From: a virus
DNA: 64,000 bases
Reading direction: 5' to 3' (one strand)
IMG/VR virus record: IMGVR_UViG_3300045988_177034
The translations under genes and the position numbers were made by a program. The notes under the pieces are model-generated. The model searched no databases. It saw only the letters and a list, made by a program, of their open reading frames with translations, and had not been told where the DNA came from. Positions 25,407-34,351 of this stretch are shown here, one piece after another (positions within the stretch are counted from its first letter, which is position 1; the number at the start of each line of letters is the position of its first letter).

Positions 25407-25637
25407 ATGCCATCCACCTTTGATACCATGGTAGGAAAGCGAATCAAAAAGCAACGAATGGAAATCAATTACAGCCAAGAACAGTTGGCGGCAAGCACGA
25501 ATTGTTCCTATCGCTGCATCCAAAAATGGGAGTCAGGAAAGACGATGCCGCGAGCGCAGATGCTATGTAATTTAGCAAAAGCCTTACATGTTTCGTCTGA
25601 CTGGCTGCTGGGTATTTCCAATGACAGGAACGGTTAA
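25407..25637 (+). CDS. XRE-family helix-turn-helix transcriptional regulator (76 aa)
   Basis: AAGGAG ribosome-binding site; classic XRE helix-turn-helix (YSQEQLAASTNCSYRCIQKWESGKTMP); inverted repeat TTGTT-N8-AACAA at about 25370-25388 upstream, a likely operator. Confidence 0.85.
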   Translation: MPSTFDTMVGKRIKKQRMEINYSQEQLAASTNCSYRCIQKWESGKTMPRAQMLCNLAKALHVSSDWLLGISNDRNG

Positions 25638-26983
25638 TCGTTTACCGGGAAAACCAGCGTCTTAGCGATTGTCTCGGCAAGGTCCTGAAACTCGCTCTCA
25701 ACGTGCTCCGGGATAAAACCGATAGCAGCTTCCCTCTTCAAAACGTCGATAGCCTTCGTAAACTGAGAACGGGTGTACGAATACCCCCAACGAAGACCAT
25801 CGGCGTTTTGCTGTAGAATTTCGCAAAGCGGGTCCAGCACAACAAACATGATTTCCTTCACGTTGTTTTCCGTGCAGATACGCATAGCCTCGATAGCTCC
25901 GGCAAAGCCGTACTCCCATTCATCGCTCGTGTGTCCACACATACCGTGGATGATTCGCTTATCTCCCATATCTACCACGATACCGTAAGCGCCTTCACGC
26001 GTCTCGTCGTTGTAAACGCAAGTGAGGAATACATTCGTACGGAATGCATTCGAAGCCTTCATGGCGGAATCATATTTTGAACCACGGTCGCTCTTCATCG
26101 GAACAATGCCGGTAATAGAAAGCTTGTCTGTCTTAGGCTTCTCCATCTGCATACCGGACTGTCCACGAGCCATGATTGCACTATTCCCTTTCTGAGGAGA
26201 TTCTGTGCGCTGTGCAGGCTGTGAAACAGGCTTCTGAACGGGTTTCGCCTCTGACTTCATTTCCGGCGCAGAAACCGTCTTATCCGTCACGGGCTTTTTA
26301 TCCTTAACCGGAATGACAGGAGGCTTGGGCTGTTCCGAAATCTGTTCGGAAACAGAAGGCTTTGCAATCACCGGAGCAACCTTCTTCTGTTCCGGTTCGG
26401 CATCTTTCGGCCCTTGTTCGTTTTCTTCCGTTTTGTTCAGAACCGTTTCAAAAACATGGAGCGCTTCCTTCGTTTTAGACTCGGTAGCCTCATTCTTGGA
26501 TTCGTCCTTTACAGGAAGAGATTCTTCTTTTACGGGTTCATCCTTTGTTGCAGGCTTGACGACGGGATTTGATTGCGGTTTCGGCTCTTTCTTAGCGGTG
26601 ACACCGAAAAGATTTGCGAGACGTTCTTCCTCTTTCTTCTTCCTTTCAGCTTCCTGCTTCTTGCGTTCTTCCGCAAGCTTACGTTCCTGCTCTGCCTTTT
26701 CGGCTTCTTCCTTTTCAATTTGCTTGCGCATCTTTGCGCGGCGAGCCTCCTCAATGCGCTTTGCTTCTTCTTCTTCTTTCTTTTTCTTTTCGAGATACTC
26801 AGAGTGAATCGGACGAGATGTCGTGGGAGCTGCCTGCAGAGGCTTCTTTGCTTCCACCTGTTCCCCCTTATTCTCCTCCTTCTTGAGTTTTTCCTTTTCT
26901 GCGGCATCAACTTTGCGCTGTGTCATATTGTTGAACAGCTTATTCAACGCCTCAGACTCGGCGATATAAGACTCCTTACTCAT
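25634..26983 (-). CDS. protein with a long K/E/A-rich low-complexity N-terminal region and an RNase H-like C-terminal domain (449 aa)
   Basis: C-terminal segment VFLTCVYNDETREGAYGIVVD...DEWEYGFAGAIEAMRI...VVLDPL...EHVESEFQDLAETIA fits an RNase H-like D-E-D pattern. Confidence 0.65.
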   Translation of the reverse strand: MSKESYIAESEALNKLFNNMTQRKVDAAEKEKLKKEENKGEQVEAKKPLQAAPTTSRPIHSEYLEKKKKEEEEAKRIEEARRAKMRKQIEKEEAEKAEQERKLAEERKKQEAERKKKEEERLANLFGVTAKKEPKPQSNPVVKPATKDEPVKEESLPVKDESKNEATESKTKEALHVFETVLNKTEENEQGPKDAEPEQKKVAPVIAKPSVSEQISEQPKPPVIPVKDKKPVTDKTVSAPEMKSEAKPVQKPVSQPAQRTESPQKGNSAIMARGQSGMQMEKPKTDKLSITGIVPMKSDRGSKYDSAMKASNAFRTNVFLTCVYNDETREGAYGIVVDMGDKRIIHGMCGHTSDEWEYGFAGAIEAMRICTENNVKEIMFVVLDPLCEILQQNADGLRWGYSYTRSQFTKAIDVLKREAAIGFIPEHVESEFQDLAETIAKTLVFPVND

Positions 26984-28646
26984 TACCGGTTGCCTCCTTT
27001 TTCGTGATGAGTGTATAGATTAACTCCTCTGTAAGAGGAATAGATGTAACATTGGGCAGATGCTCGAATCGAATACCACGAGCCTTACAAATCTGCTTCG
27101 CCTTTCCGTACAAAGAATGACTCATCTGTGTAACACGGAAAATAACAATGTCACTGTTTGCGATAAGCGCATCGCAGGTAGCCAGATTACACTGGTCAAC
27201 ATACGAGATGTCCGGCTGTGCATTACGAAGCATGTTGACAAAGTTCTGCTGTCCACCGCAGAAAACAATTTTCTTGTTCTTTGCCATCTGATTCAGCTCT
27301 TTATGATAGTCTATGACTTCTGTTTCCTGTTCACAGATACCTGCATCGGAATCATCAAAGTCATCAAACTCGGAAGTTTCTGGCCGAAGCTGAATGAGCT
27401 TTCGCTCTGCGTTCGCCAACAGCTTTTCCAGTTCATGGATTCTACTCTCGGCATCATCGTTCTTTTTGCGCAAAGCCGTTTCTCGTTTCATGGATGTGGC
27501 CTTGAAATCGTAAAGTTCTTTTTTGACCTTTTCCAGTTTGGCGTTTGTGCTTGCCTCAGCCACTTCCTTTTTGACTTCGGAAGCTTTTTGCTTTAGCTGC
27601 TCCTCGTATTTTTTGTTTTCGAGTTCGCGTTTTCTCAGCTTTCTCTGGTTATAGATTGTAGTGCTCTTTTCGAGAATCGCATTCTTTTGCTGCTTTTCTC
27701 CAAAAGAAGAAACAACATATTGCCAGACAAGAGCAATATAAGCATCACGAATTCCTCTGTCGATAGACGCTCTATGTACCATCTTTCTCGGGTCTACTGT
27801 GCAGCTCATTGCCATAATTGCGCAAATTCGCTCTTTCATTTTCTCCGTGATAGGGAACTTATAAAGCGAATGATGATTGACACCGATACTGGTGGAAATC
27901 CGGAAAGAGCTCATACACATATCGATACGCGGACGACTGGACATATTTAACGGAGGCGCTGGAGCAACGCCATTCTTGACGGCTTGCGTAAAGAAATCAG
28001 CCATTTCCGGCATATCCCAGCTGTTACAGTCACTGTCGTATCGCAGCGCATAAATCATATCGCCGAGTGTGGCGACATCCCAGATATCGGACACTGCTTC
28101 TTTCACAAAGGCCATCATCGCTTCCGTGCCGCTGTCAGAGAAGGAGTTATCGAAATCTTTGACGATTTTCCTGATACTGTCTCCGTCCTTCACGGATGCT
28201 GCCTGAAAAATGTCCAATGCAGCCTTAAATCCACGCGTAATGGTTCTCTTACTCAAATCATTCTCGTGGAACATCTTTTCGAATAGCTTATCCGATTCGC
28301 CGTCGATTTTCTTTACAATCTGGTACAGCGTGGGATTCGTCTTATCGGCTTTGATGACCAGATACGAAAGAATATCAAGTGCCGTATCTGTCAATCCATC
28401 ATTCCCTGCAAGAATGATGGTAAGGTCATTTTCGCCTTTAAGGATTTTCCTTTTCATCTTCTGGCAATCGTTGTCTGACTGAGCCAGTTCAATGATTTCC
28501 TTCCTCAAAGGGAAGCACTCGATTAGAAAAGCAATCCGCTGATACACAAAATCAACGGTGCTGATTTTAAATTCTCGCGGGAAATCCCTGATTTCAGCAA
28601 TATCATCAGGAATCACAAAGCCGTTAATCACATTCTGTGTAACCAA
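26976..28646 (-). CDS. hypothetical protein (556 aa) with a central coiled coil
   Basis: ORF track; 8-nt overlap with the downstream gene; no confident motif. Confidence 0.65.
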   Translation of the reverse strand: MVTQNVINGFVIPDDIAEIRDFPREFKISTVDFVYQRIAFLIECFPLRKEIIELAQSDNDCQKMKRKILKGENDLTIILAGNDGLTDTALDILSYLVIKADKTNPTLYQIVKKIDGESDKLFEKMFHENDLSKRTITRGFKAALDIFQAASVKDGDSIRKIVKDFDNSFSDSGTEAMMAFVKEAVSDIWDVATLGDMIYALRYDSDCNSWDMPEMADFFTQAVKNGVAPAPPLNMSSRPRIDMCMSSFRISTSIGVNHHSLYKFPITEKMKERICAIMAMSCTVDPRKMVHRASIDRGIRDAYIALVWQYVVSSFGEKQQKNAILEKSTTIYNQRKLRKRELENKKYEEQLKQKASEVKKEVAEASTNAKLEKVKKELYDFKATSMKRETALRKKNDDAESRIHELEKLLANAERKLIQLRPETSEFDDFDDSDAGICEQETEVIDYHKELNQMAKNKKIVFCGGQQNFVNMLRNAQPDISYVDQCNLATCDALIANSDIVIFRVTQMSHSLYGKAKQICKARGIRFEHLPNVTSIPLTEELIYTLITKKEATGNE

Positions 28647-28670
28647 GTTATCAACTCCTTCACCGGCAGT

Positions 28671-28952
28671 TTAAGTTCGATGAACTTTGTTTTTCATACA
28701 ACAAGGAAGGCAACAGACGCCGTATGTGTTATTGCCCCACTCGCAGTGCGCCCGACTGCAAATAACACCGTGTTGGGCTTTGACGGTTTTCTTCTCTTCT
28801 TTCTTCTTTTCGATTTCGCCTTCCCGAAGAATGGTCTTTACTTCCTTTGTTGTGATGCCATACTTTCTGGCAATCTGAACGACCGTTTTTCCTCCGTTGA
28901 ATTCCTCTACAGTCTGTTCATGTGTTACGCCACAGCCAAATTTTCCGTACAT
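28671..28952 (-). CDS. small helix-turn-helix protein with a Cys-rich C-terminus (93 aa)
   Basis: TVVQIARKYGITTKEVKTIL helix-turn-helix-like segment; C-terminal CxxxHCxW...CCLPCC. Confidence 0.5.
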   Translation of the reverse strand: MYGKFGCGVTHEQTVEEFNGGKTVVQIARKYGITTKEVKTILREGEIEKKKEEKKTVKAQHGVICSRAHCEWGNNTYGVCCLPCCMKNKVHRT

Positions 28953-28976
28953 GATTTAACCCTCACTCTAAATACG

Positions 28977-29024
28977 GCAAAAAGGCCATGCGCTCTATTT
29001 CCTATAAGAAATGGCGGTATGGCC
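28977..29024 (-). terminator. intrinsic terminator after the dam gene (AGGCCAT ... ATGGCCT extended hairpin plus T5)
   Basis: minus-strand read cAGGCCATaccgccatttcttataggaaatagagcgcATGGCCTttttgcc. Confidence 0.5.
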
Positions 29025-29036
29025 TGTTTGCCTCGC

Positions 29037-29555
29037 TTAAATAATCGAGAACTTACGCTTTTTGTTTGTGAATTCAACAATCATAGAAGGACGACGACTG
29101 CCGATAGTCTCTTTCCGATTCTCAGAGTCAATGAACAGATAAGGGTTCGTCATCTTGATTCTGGCAGGTAGAAACTTTACCCTTACTCCCTGCTGTCCAT
29201 AAATGTATCTCTGGAACCAGTCAGAGTCCGTAGAAACGGGTAAAAGCATGACGACCGTGGTATTCTTTTTCCTTGACTCCTCGTACGCCTTGCGCACCCA
29301 CAACTTAAAGGACTTGTGCCCTGTCGGGGGATTGCAAAATACTGTTTCACCTTTCCAGTCCTGCAAGAGACCATCGACACGCTCCGTGTAATATTTCTTG
29401 CATTTGTGATTCTTGTCCGATGCAGCCGCATCCAGAGTGAAACCGTATTCCTTGTTCAGGTCATCGAAAAGCCCCTGAGGCGTCTCCCATTCCTGTTTGT
29501 GAGTATTCTTGACTGCATAAGTCTTATCCGTTGTTTTTGTTTCTACGCTGTTCAT
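29037..29555 (-). CDS. dam: phage-type DNA N6-adenine methyltransferase (Dam family, 172 aa)
   Basis: WETPQGLFDDLNKEYGFTLDAAAS...YYTERVDGLLQDWKGETVFCNPPTG matches the phage Dam family; motif IV reads NPPTG rather than NPPY. Confidence 0.8.
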   Translation of the reverse strand: MNSVETKTTDKTYAVKNTHKQEWETPQGLFDDLNKEYGFTLDAAASDKNHKCKKYYTERVDGLLQDWKGETVFCNPPTGHKSFKLWVRKAYEESRKKNTTVVMLLPVSTDSDWFQRYIYGQQGVRVKFLPARIKMTNPYLFIDSENRKETIGSRRPSMIVEFTNKKRKFSII

Positions 29556-29584
29556 GGCAATCTTCCCCTTACGATTGATGATGT

Positions 29585-30223
29585 TTATTTCGTGGTCTTT
29601 GGACCTTTTAAAAGCCCCTTGGTTCTGAGAATGTTCCGCACATATGCAAGGCGTCTTCTGCCAAAGCCATGTGCATTCTGCTTACTTTTATTTTCGGCAT
29701 AAGCCATATCAGAATACTTGATGCCGTCTTTGTAATGCTTCAAGAGATAATCCGTAACAGTCGTATCTCTGATTGAAAGAATAGCATCGACAATTTTCGC
29801 TTCTTCTTTTTTCGAATAAGGATAATCGTCGATGTTATACCTGACCCCGTCCAGCCCGCAAATGATATTCACGGGCCAACCCTTACGGAAGGCAATGTTT
29901 GCTTCGCGGATATTCCGTTCTGTCATGACATCGCCGGTCTTATCTCTTCTGTGCCTGTACAATGTTCGCTGCGCACAGGCTTTGCATACACCACGCGCAT
30001 ATATGATAGAAAGCCTATTGCAAATAGGGCATTCTTCGATTCGGACATGCTTTCCAGACTTAACGGTTTGATAATCCAATCCGTTGATGTAAGTCTTGTT
30101 GTTAAAAGTGATTGTTTCCGCACCCTTGTATTCAGGGAACTCATCTCCCGTATAAGTTCCCTTCATCTCTGCGGGAAGGGTATCTGCGTCGCTTTGAAGT
30201 ACGTAGAATTTCTTTTTGCTCAT
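29585..30223 (-). CDS. hypothetical protein (212 aa) with a CPICN...CKAC zinc-binding motif
   Basis: ORF track. Confidence 0.6.
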   Translation of the reverse strand: MSKKKFYVLQSDADTLPAEMKGTYTGDEFPEYKGAETITFNNKTYINGLDYQTVKSGKHVRIEECPICNRLSIIYARGVCKACAQRTLYRHRRDKTGDVMTERNIREANIAFRKGWPVNIICGLDGVRYNIDDYPYSKKEEAKIVDAILSIRDTTVTDYLLKHYKDGIKYSDMAYAENKSKQNAHGFGRRRLAYVRNILRTKGLLKGPKTTK

Positions 30224-30242
30224 GGTCTACCACCGTTTCTGC

Positions 30243-30962
30243 TTATCCTGCGATGCTGCTTTCAGCAACCTCGAATGGCTTTACATCAACAAGCCTTACA
30301 GAAACAATGGTAGCAAGCAGGTCTTTGGTGCTATTGAAGATGATGTTCTTCTTCTCGCCAAAGGTATCATAGAACTGAGCAGAGCAGCGATTCGGATTGT
30401 CATCGGTATCCAGCATTTTGAATCCGCTCTCTCCTCTGCACAGCATCGTGGTAATATAACTACCCATGTTGCAGAAGAAATCGGTTGTAGTGAACCGGAA
30501 TACCGGAGGCGTTTTCTTACGGATGGTGATGTACCGTTCGTAAAGTTCTCCGTTGATTTCCGTAACCATCAGAAGTTCAAAGGTACAGATGAACTGCCCT
30601 GCTGTCGGTGACGGAATTCCGTGTGTAGGAGTTCCCTTGTGCTGTGCCGCACTCTCCGCCTCGTACATAATTCCGTACTGTGTAACGTTGACGGTGCCGA
30701 GATTGTCAATCTTCTTGACAGTCTGATGTTTGACGAGATAGCCGTCGTACATAAGACGGTCAATAATTCTCTCGCCCTTGGCTTTCAGATTGTCGCCCTC
30801 AATCGTTGAAACGACTTCGTCAGAACCCTCGTACTGATAGCCAACGACACGACCAAAACATGCAGGCGCATCGTTTTCACTTTCTACTTTCAGGGACATA
30901 ACTGACCCGAAAGGGCAATACTCCGGAATTCTTTTCTTTGCTACATAACGTTTTTCTACCAT
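30243..30962 (-). CDS. hypothetical protein (239 aa)
   Basis: ORF track; preceded by a 260-nt leader that carries the family-2 promoter. Confidence 0.6.
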   Translation of the reverse strand: MVEKRYVAKKRIPEYCPFGSVMSLKVESENDAPACFGRVVGYQYEGSDEVVSTIEGDNLKAKGERIIDRLMYDGYLVKHQTVKKIDNLGTVNVTQYGIMYEAESAAQHKGTPTHGIPSPTAGQFICTFELLMVTEINGELYERYITIRKKTPPVFRFTTTDFFCNMGSYITTMLCRGESGFKMLDTDDNPNRCSAQFYDTFGEKKNIIFNSTKDLLATIVSVRLVDVKPFEVAESSIAG

Positions 30963-31126
30963 TGAATCTGTCCCCCGTGTTTGCTTGTTGATTCGTATGA
31001 TATTGCCTATTTATTCTAATATAGTCAACATCAAAAAACTGCGTAAAAAATCGCACAGATGTTCTTCTGCGCTGTTCCACCATAGAAATATCACCGATAT
31101 TCCCTGTTCATCTTGAACATATCTAT

Positions 31127-31155
31127 ATTATACCACATTAAAACAAGGTAGTCAA
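31127..31155 (-). promoter_or_regulatory. family-2 conserved promoter: TTGACT - 17 nt - TATAAT
   Basis: minus-strand read gtcgTTGACTaccttgttttaatgtggTATAATatagat. Confidence 0.6.
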
Positions 31156-31159
31156 CGAC

Positions 31160-31200
31160 AAAAACCGTCGCAAATGTTAGTTTTCGCATTTACGACGGCT
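31160..31200 (-). terminator. intrinsic terminator after the flotillin gene (GCCGTCGTAAATGCG ... CATTTGCGACGG plus T5)
   Basis: 12-bp stem with 1 mismatch, followed by TTTTTG; terminator-then-promoter order. Confidence 0.6.
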
Positions 31201-31223
31201 GAAGTTATATTTTTTTGAGCAAA

Positions 31224-32759
31224 TTATTTTATGTCGCTTGCGCTTTCGTCAGGTTCGATGTGTGCATTGTCATCAGCCTTCTCGATTGCAGGCAAACCGT
31301 GAATGTTGATATTGCGGTCGGTCTTAGCATTGATACTGTTCGCGCGAACGATATCGGCCATATCAATACCGGTAGCTTCCTTGACAGTCTGCATGGTCTG
31401 TGCCATCAGCACGGGGACATTCCCAGACACGCCGGACACGCCAGATGCATCGCCGCCGATGATAGATACCTTATCGATTGCGGACAAGGGCTGAGCCACA
31501 TTCTTAGCAATATCAGGCAGGACCTTGATAAGCATTTCGGCGACAGCGGCATCGTTGTACTGCTTGTAAGCCTCCGCCTTTTGCTTCATAGCTTCGGCTT
31601 CAGCAATACCCTTCTGACGGATAGCCTCAGCTTCTGCCTTACCTACAAGGGCAATACCTTCGGCTTCCTGCTGCTTTGCAAATTTCTGAGCCTCAGCAGC
31701 GCGTTCGGCTTCGTATTTTTTTGCTTCTGCTTCTTTTTGGCGTTTATACAATTCGGCATCCGCAGCTTTGCGAACCTCTGCATCCAGTTTTCTCTGCTGA
31801 ACCTCGGCTTCCTGCGCAGCAAGGTCGACCATCTTCTTCTGCTTTGCGATTTCCGCATCGGCTTCGGCTTCCTTGATTTCCTTGGCACGAAGATTTGTCT
31901 GAATCTGTCCTGCAGCATTGGCATCAGCAGCAGCCTTGTCAGCCTCGGCCTTCAATTTGGCCTTTGCCAGCTGCAATTCATTGTTGCGCTGTGCAATAGC
32001 AGTCTGGGCTTCAACTTCCTTTTCATTGGCTGCCATTTCAGCGTCAGCCTTTGCGCGAGCAATATCACGAGCGGCTTCGGCACGAGCAATCTCTGCACGT
32101 TTCTTAACGGCTTCTTCCTGCTCAATACCAATAGCCTCAATGACACCGTGATTGTGACCTTGCGCATCGACGGCGTCTTTTACATCCTGCACATTGAAGG
32201 TTACAACTTCGAGGCCCATCTTTGCAAGGTCAGGACGGGCATTTTCGATTACTGACAGCGCCATTTGTTTACGATTTGTGAGAATCTGGTCAACCGTCAT
32301 ATCCGAAACGATTTCGCGCAGGTTGCCTTGCAAGACATCATTTACTTTGTCATTGATGCCTTTTTCGTCCATGCCAAGGAAGTTCGAAATAGCCGACTGC
32401 TGACGACCCGTAATATATTCCTTGACATCCTTTGCACCAGATGCCTGAACCTCAGAGTCGAGAACAGTAGAATTATCGCTGTATACCTGAATCGTTACAA
32501 CAGAATCAATCCAGAGCGATACACCTTCTTTTGTCTTGACACCCGTCTCAGGGGTTTTGACATCAATTTTCAGAAGACGCATATTCAGCTTATCTGCACG
32601 CTGCAGCACAGGGATGACAAATGTACCCTTTCCGCAAACGACTTTGGGCTTTTTCAAACCAAATCCAGTCACAACGATGGCTGCTGTAGGAGGCGCTTTT
32701 TTGTAGCATGTGAATGCGAACAAAACAAACAATACGACAATAATGATTCCTAAAAACAT
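31224..32759 (-). CDS. flotillin-like SPFH (band-7) domain protein (511 aa)
   Basis: N-terminal transmembrane helix, SPFH-like core, then a long A/E/K-rich coiled coil (EAEAKKYEAERAAEAQKFAKQQEAEG...), as in FloT/YqiK. Confidence 0.8.
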   Translation of the reverse strand: MFLGIIIVVLFVLFAFTCYKKAPPTAAIVVTGFGLKKPKVVCGKGTFVIPVLQRADKLNMRLLKIDVKTPETGVKTKEGVSLWIDSVVTIQVYSDNSTVLDSEVQASGAKDVKEYITGRQQSAISNFLGMDEKGINDKVNDVLQGNLREIVSDMTVDQILTNRKQMALSVIENARPDLAKMGLEVVTFNVQDVKDAVDAQGHNHGVIEAIGIEQEEAVKKRAEIARAEAARDIARAKADAEMAANEKEVEAQTAIAQRNNELQLAKAKLKAEADKAAADANAAGQIQTNLRAKEIKEAEADAEIAKQKKMVDLAAQEAEVQQRKLDAEVRKAADAELYKRQKEAEAKKYEAERAAEAQKFAKQQEAEGIALVGKAEAEAIRQKGIAEAEAMKQKAEAYKQYNDAAVAEMLIKVLPDIAKNVAQPLSAIDKVSIIGGDASGVSGVSGNVPVLMAQTMQTVKEATGIDMADIVRANSINAKTDRNINIHGLPAIEKADDNAHIEPDESASDIK

Positions 32760-32774
32760 GGTATACTCCTTTTC

Positions 32775-33005
32775 TTATCTGCAATGGGATTTGCAATACT
32801 TTGACACTTTGCTGGCGACCTCTTTCTTGAATGCATATTCGTCACATTGTGCCAAACGCATTTTATATATCTCCTGCTGTTTGGCAACACGAGCCGAATA
32901 GCCTTCGCATACGGAATGACATCCAGCTTTGCGATGTGGGCATTGATAACAGGTTCTAAAAATGTCGTGTTCGCTCGCACTTCCAGTATTGCTGTTCGAT
33001 GTCAT
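32775..33005 (-). CDS. small Cys-rich protein (76 aa)
   Basis: ORF track; CxxC-type pairs; preceded by promoter 33044-33072. Confidence 0.45.
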   Translation of the reverse strand: MTSNSNTGSASEHDIFRTCYQCPHRKAGCHSVCEGYSARVAKQQEIYKMRLAQCDEYAFKKEVASKVSKYCKSHCR

Positions 33006-33043
33006 AAATGGAATTCCCCCTGTCTTTCCAATCGATATATTAT

Positions 33044-33072
33044 ATTATACCACAAATAAGCAAACGAATCAA
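33044..33072 (-). promoter_or_regulatory. family-2 conserved promoter: TTGATT - 17 nt - TATAAT
   Basis: minus-strand read gaTTGATTcgtttgcttatttgtggTATAATataata. Confidence 0.55.
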
Positions 33073-33123
33073 TCAAAAAGACGAGCAAGATACTTCTCAC
33101 TCGCCTTCTGCTTTTTTGTGTTG

Positions 33124-34212
33124 TTAGGCTTCTTCGCTGTCTTCGCTATCTTCTTCTTTGCGACTATCCTTAGAGAACCCGACAAAACCGCATGCGCCTG
33201 CAGAAATTCCAAAGATTACTGCCATGATGGGCATGATGAGTCTGTTTCGATATACAGCGCCTACAATGAAATTGGCGTTAGCTACCTGCTCCAATACATA
33301 GTGTGCAATCGCGCAAATTGTAAGTTCAGAAGCGTTACCGAACGATTCATCAAGACCGATGCTGAGCAGCGACATGGAATAGGTTGCGCTGGCTACATAC
33401 TTGATTTCGATAGGTGCAGCGGTTTCGTATACAGCTACATAACTCTTGCCGGTATTCTTTTGACCGTAGATAGACAGTGTGCGGTAGAATCCGCCTTCTG
33501 CCCTTGCTACTGGGTCGCTTGTCCACTTACCGCCTGTGATTTTATAGGAATCACTGTTCAGACCGATGGCAGACATCAAATCGCTCTTATAACCATCCCA
33601 AAGCGGTGTGGCGGGATTGTATGTGTGGACTTTTCCGAGATAGACATATGCGGTAGCACCTTCCGGAATTACGACTTGTCCATCAATCGTGAAATCGACC
33701 CATGTATCGGTGTCTTCGACTTCATTGACCTCTTTCAGAACGCCTTCAATTTCCGTACCATCATCAAGAGTGAAGGTCTTGTTTTGCGGGGCGTTCGGTT
33801 TCTTGTCTTCGCCCTTGTACTCCACTGTCATTTCTGTGGGAATATCGGCTTGCTCTTCCGTGTACTGAACATCTTCGAGCGGCAATTCATACTGTTCTCC
33901 GCCCAGCGTTACAGTATAAGTCTGAGGAACTTCTTTTACAGTCAAATCCGTATATTCTACGGTTTCTTGATACTTGGTATTGAGTTCCCTTTGCTGATAA
34001 TCTACGCTGTCTTCGTCGAGGACATAGGTATTACCGTTCTCCTCAATTTCCTTCGGAAGAGGATTGGCATCGGCTTCTTCTTGGTCCTTGTAATTGAACT
34101 CACGAGTGATATCAATATCAATATCACCAAGAGAAGTCAACGCTTGTGTAGAAATACATCCTACACAAAGCAGCGCACTTACAAAAGCAAGCACTCTCAT
34201 TACATTTTTCAT
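33124..34212 (-). CDS. secreted or surface protein with signal peptide and C-terminal hydrophobic anchor plus acidic tail (362 aa; start MKNVMRV)
   Basis: ORF 33124..34467 trimmed to 34212 because the longer version would run through the terminator and promoter at 34277-34336; N-terminal signal LAFVSALLCVGC; C-terminal transmembrane helix plus SKDSRKEEDSEDSEEA. Confidence 0.6.
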   Translation of the reverse strand: MKNVMRVLAFVSALLCVGCISTQALTSLGDIDIDITREFNYKDQEEADANPLPKEIEENGNTYVLDEDSVDYQQRELNTKYQETVEYTDLTVKEVPQTYTVTLGGEQYELPLEDVQYTEEQADIPTEMTVEYKGEDKKPNAPQNKTFTLDDGTEIEGVLKEVNEVEDTDTWVDFTIDGQVVIPEGATAYVYLGKVHTYNPATPLWDGYKSDLMSAIGLNSDSYKITGGKWTSDPVARAEGGFYRTLSIYGQKNTGKSYVAVYETAAPIEIKYVASATYSMSLLSIGLDESFGNASELTICAIAHYVLEQVANANFIVGAVYRNRLIMPIMAVIFGISAGACGFVGFSKDSRKEEDSEDSEEA

Positions 34213-34276
34213 AGCTTTTTTGGGCGTCTTAGCAGCTTGTCTGCCTGTACGCCGCCTCCTTTCGAATTCTCCTTTT

Positions 34277-34304
34277 ATTGTATCTACTTTGCAGCAAATA
34301 GCAA
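34277..34304 (-). promoter_or_regulatory. family-1-type promoter variant: TTGCTA - 16 nt (TTTGCTGCAAAGTAGA) - TACAAT
   Basis: same ATTGCTGCAAAGTAGA spacer core as the other family-1 copies. Confidence 0.5.
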
Positions 34305-34336
34305 AGAAAAAAGCCGAGCGGCTTATCACCGCTCGG
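34305..34336 (-). terminator. intrinsic terminator (GCCGAGCGG-tgataa-GCCGCTCGGC plus T6)
   Basis: perfect 9-bp GC stem followed by TTTTTTC; immediately upstream of promoter 34277-34304. Confidence 0.7.
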
Positions 34337-34351
34337 CGTCCCCATCTTATT

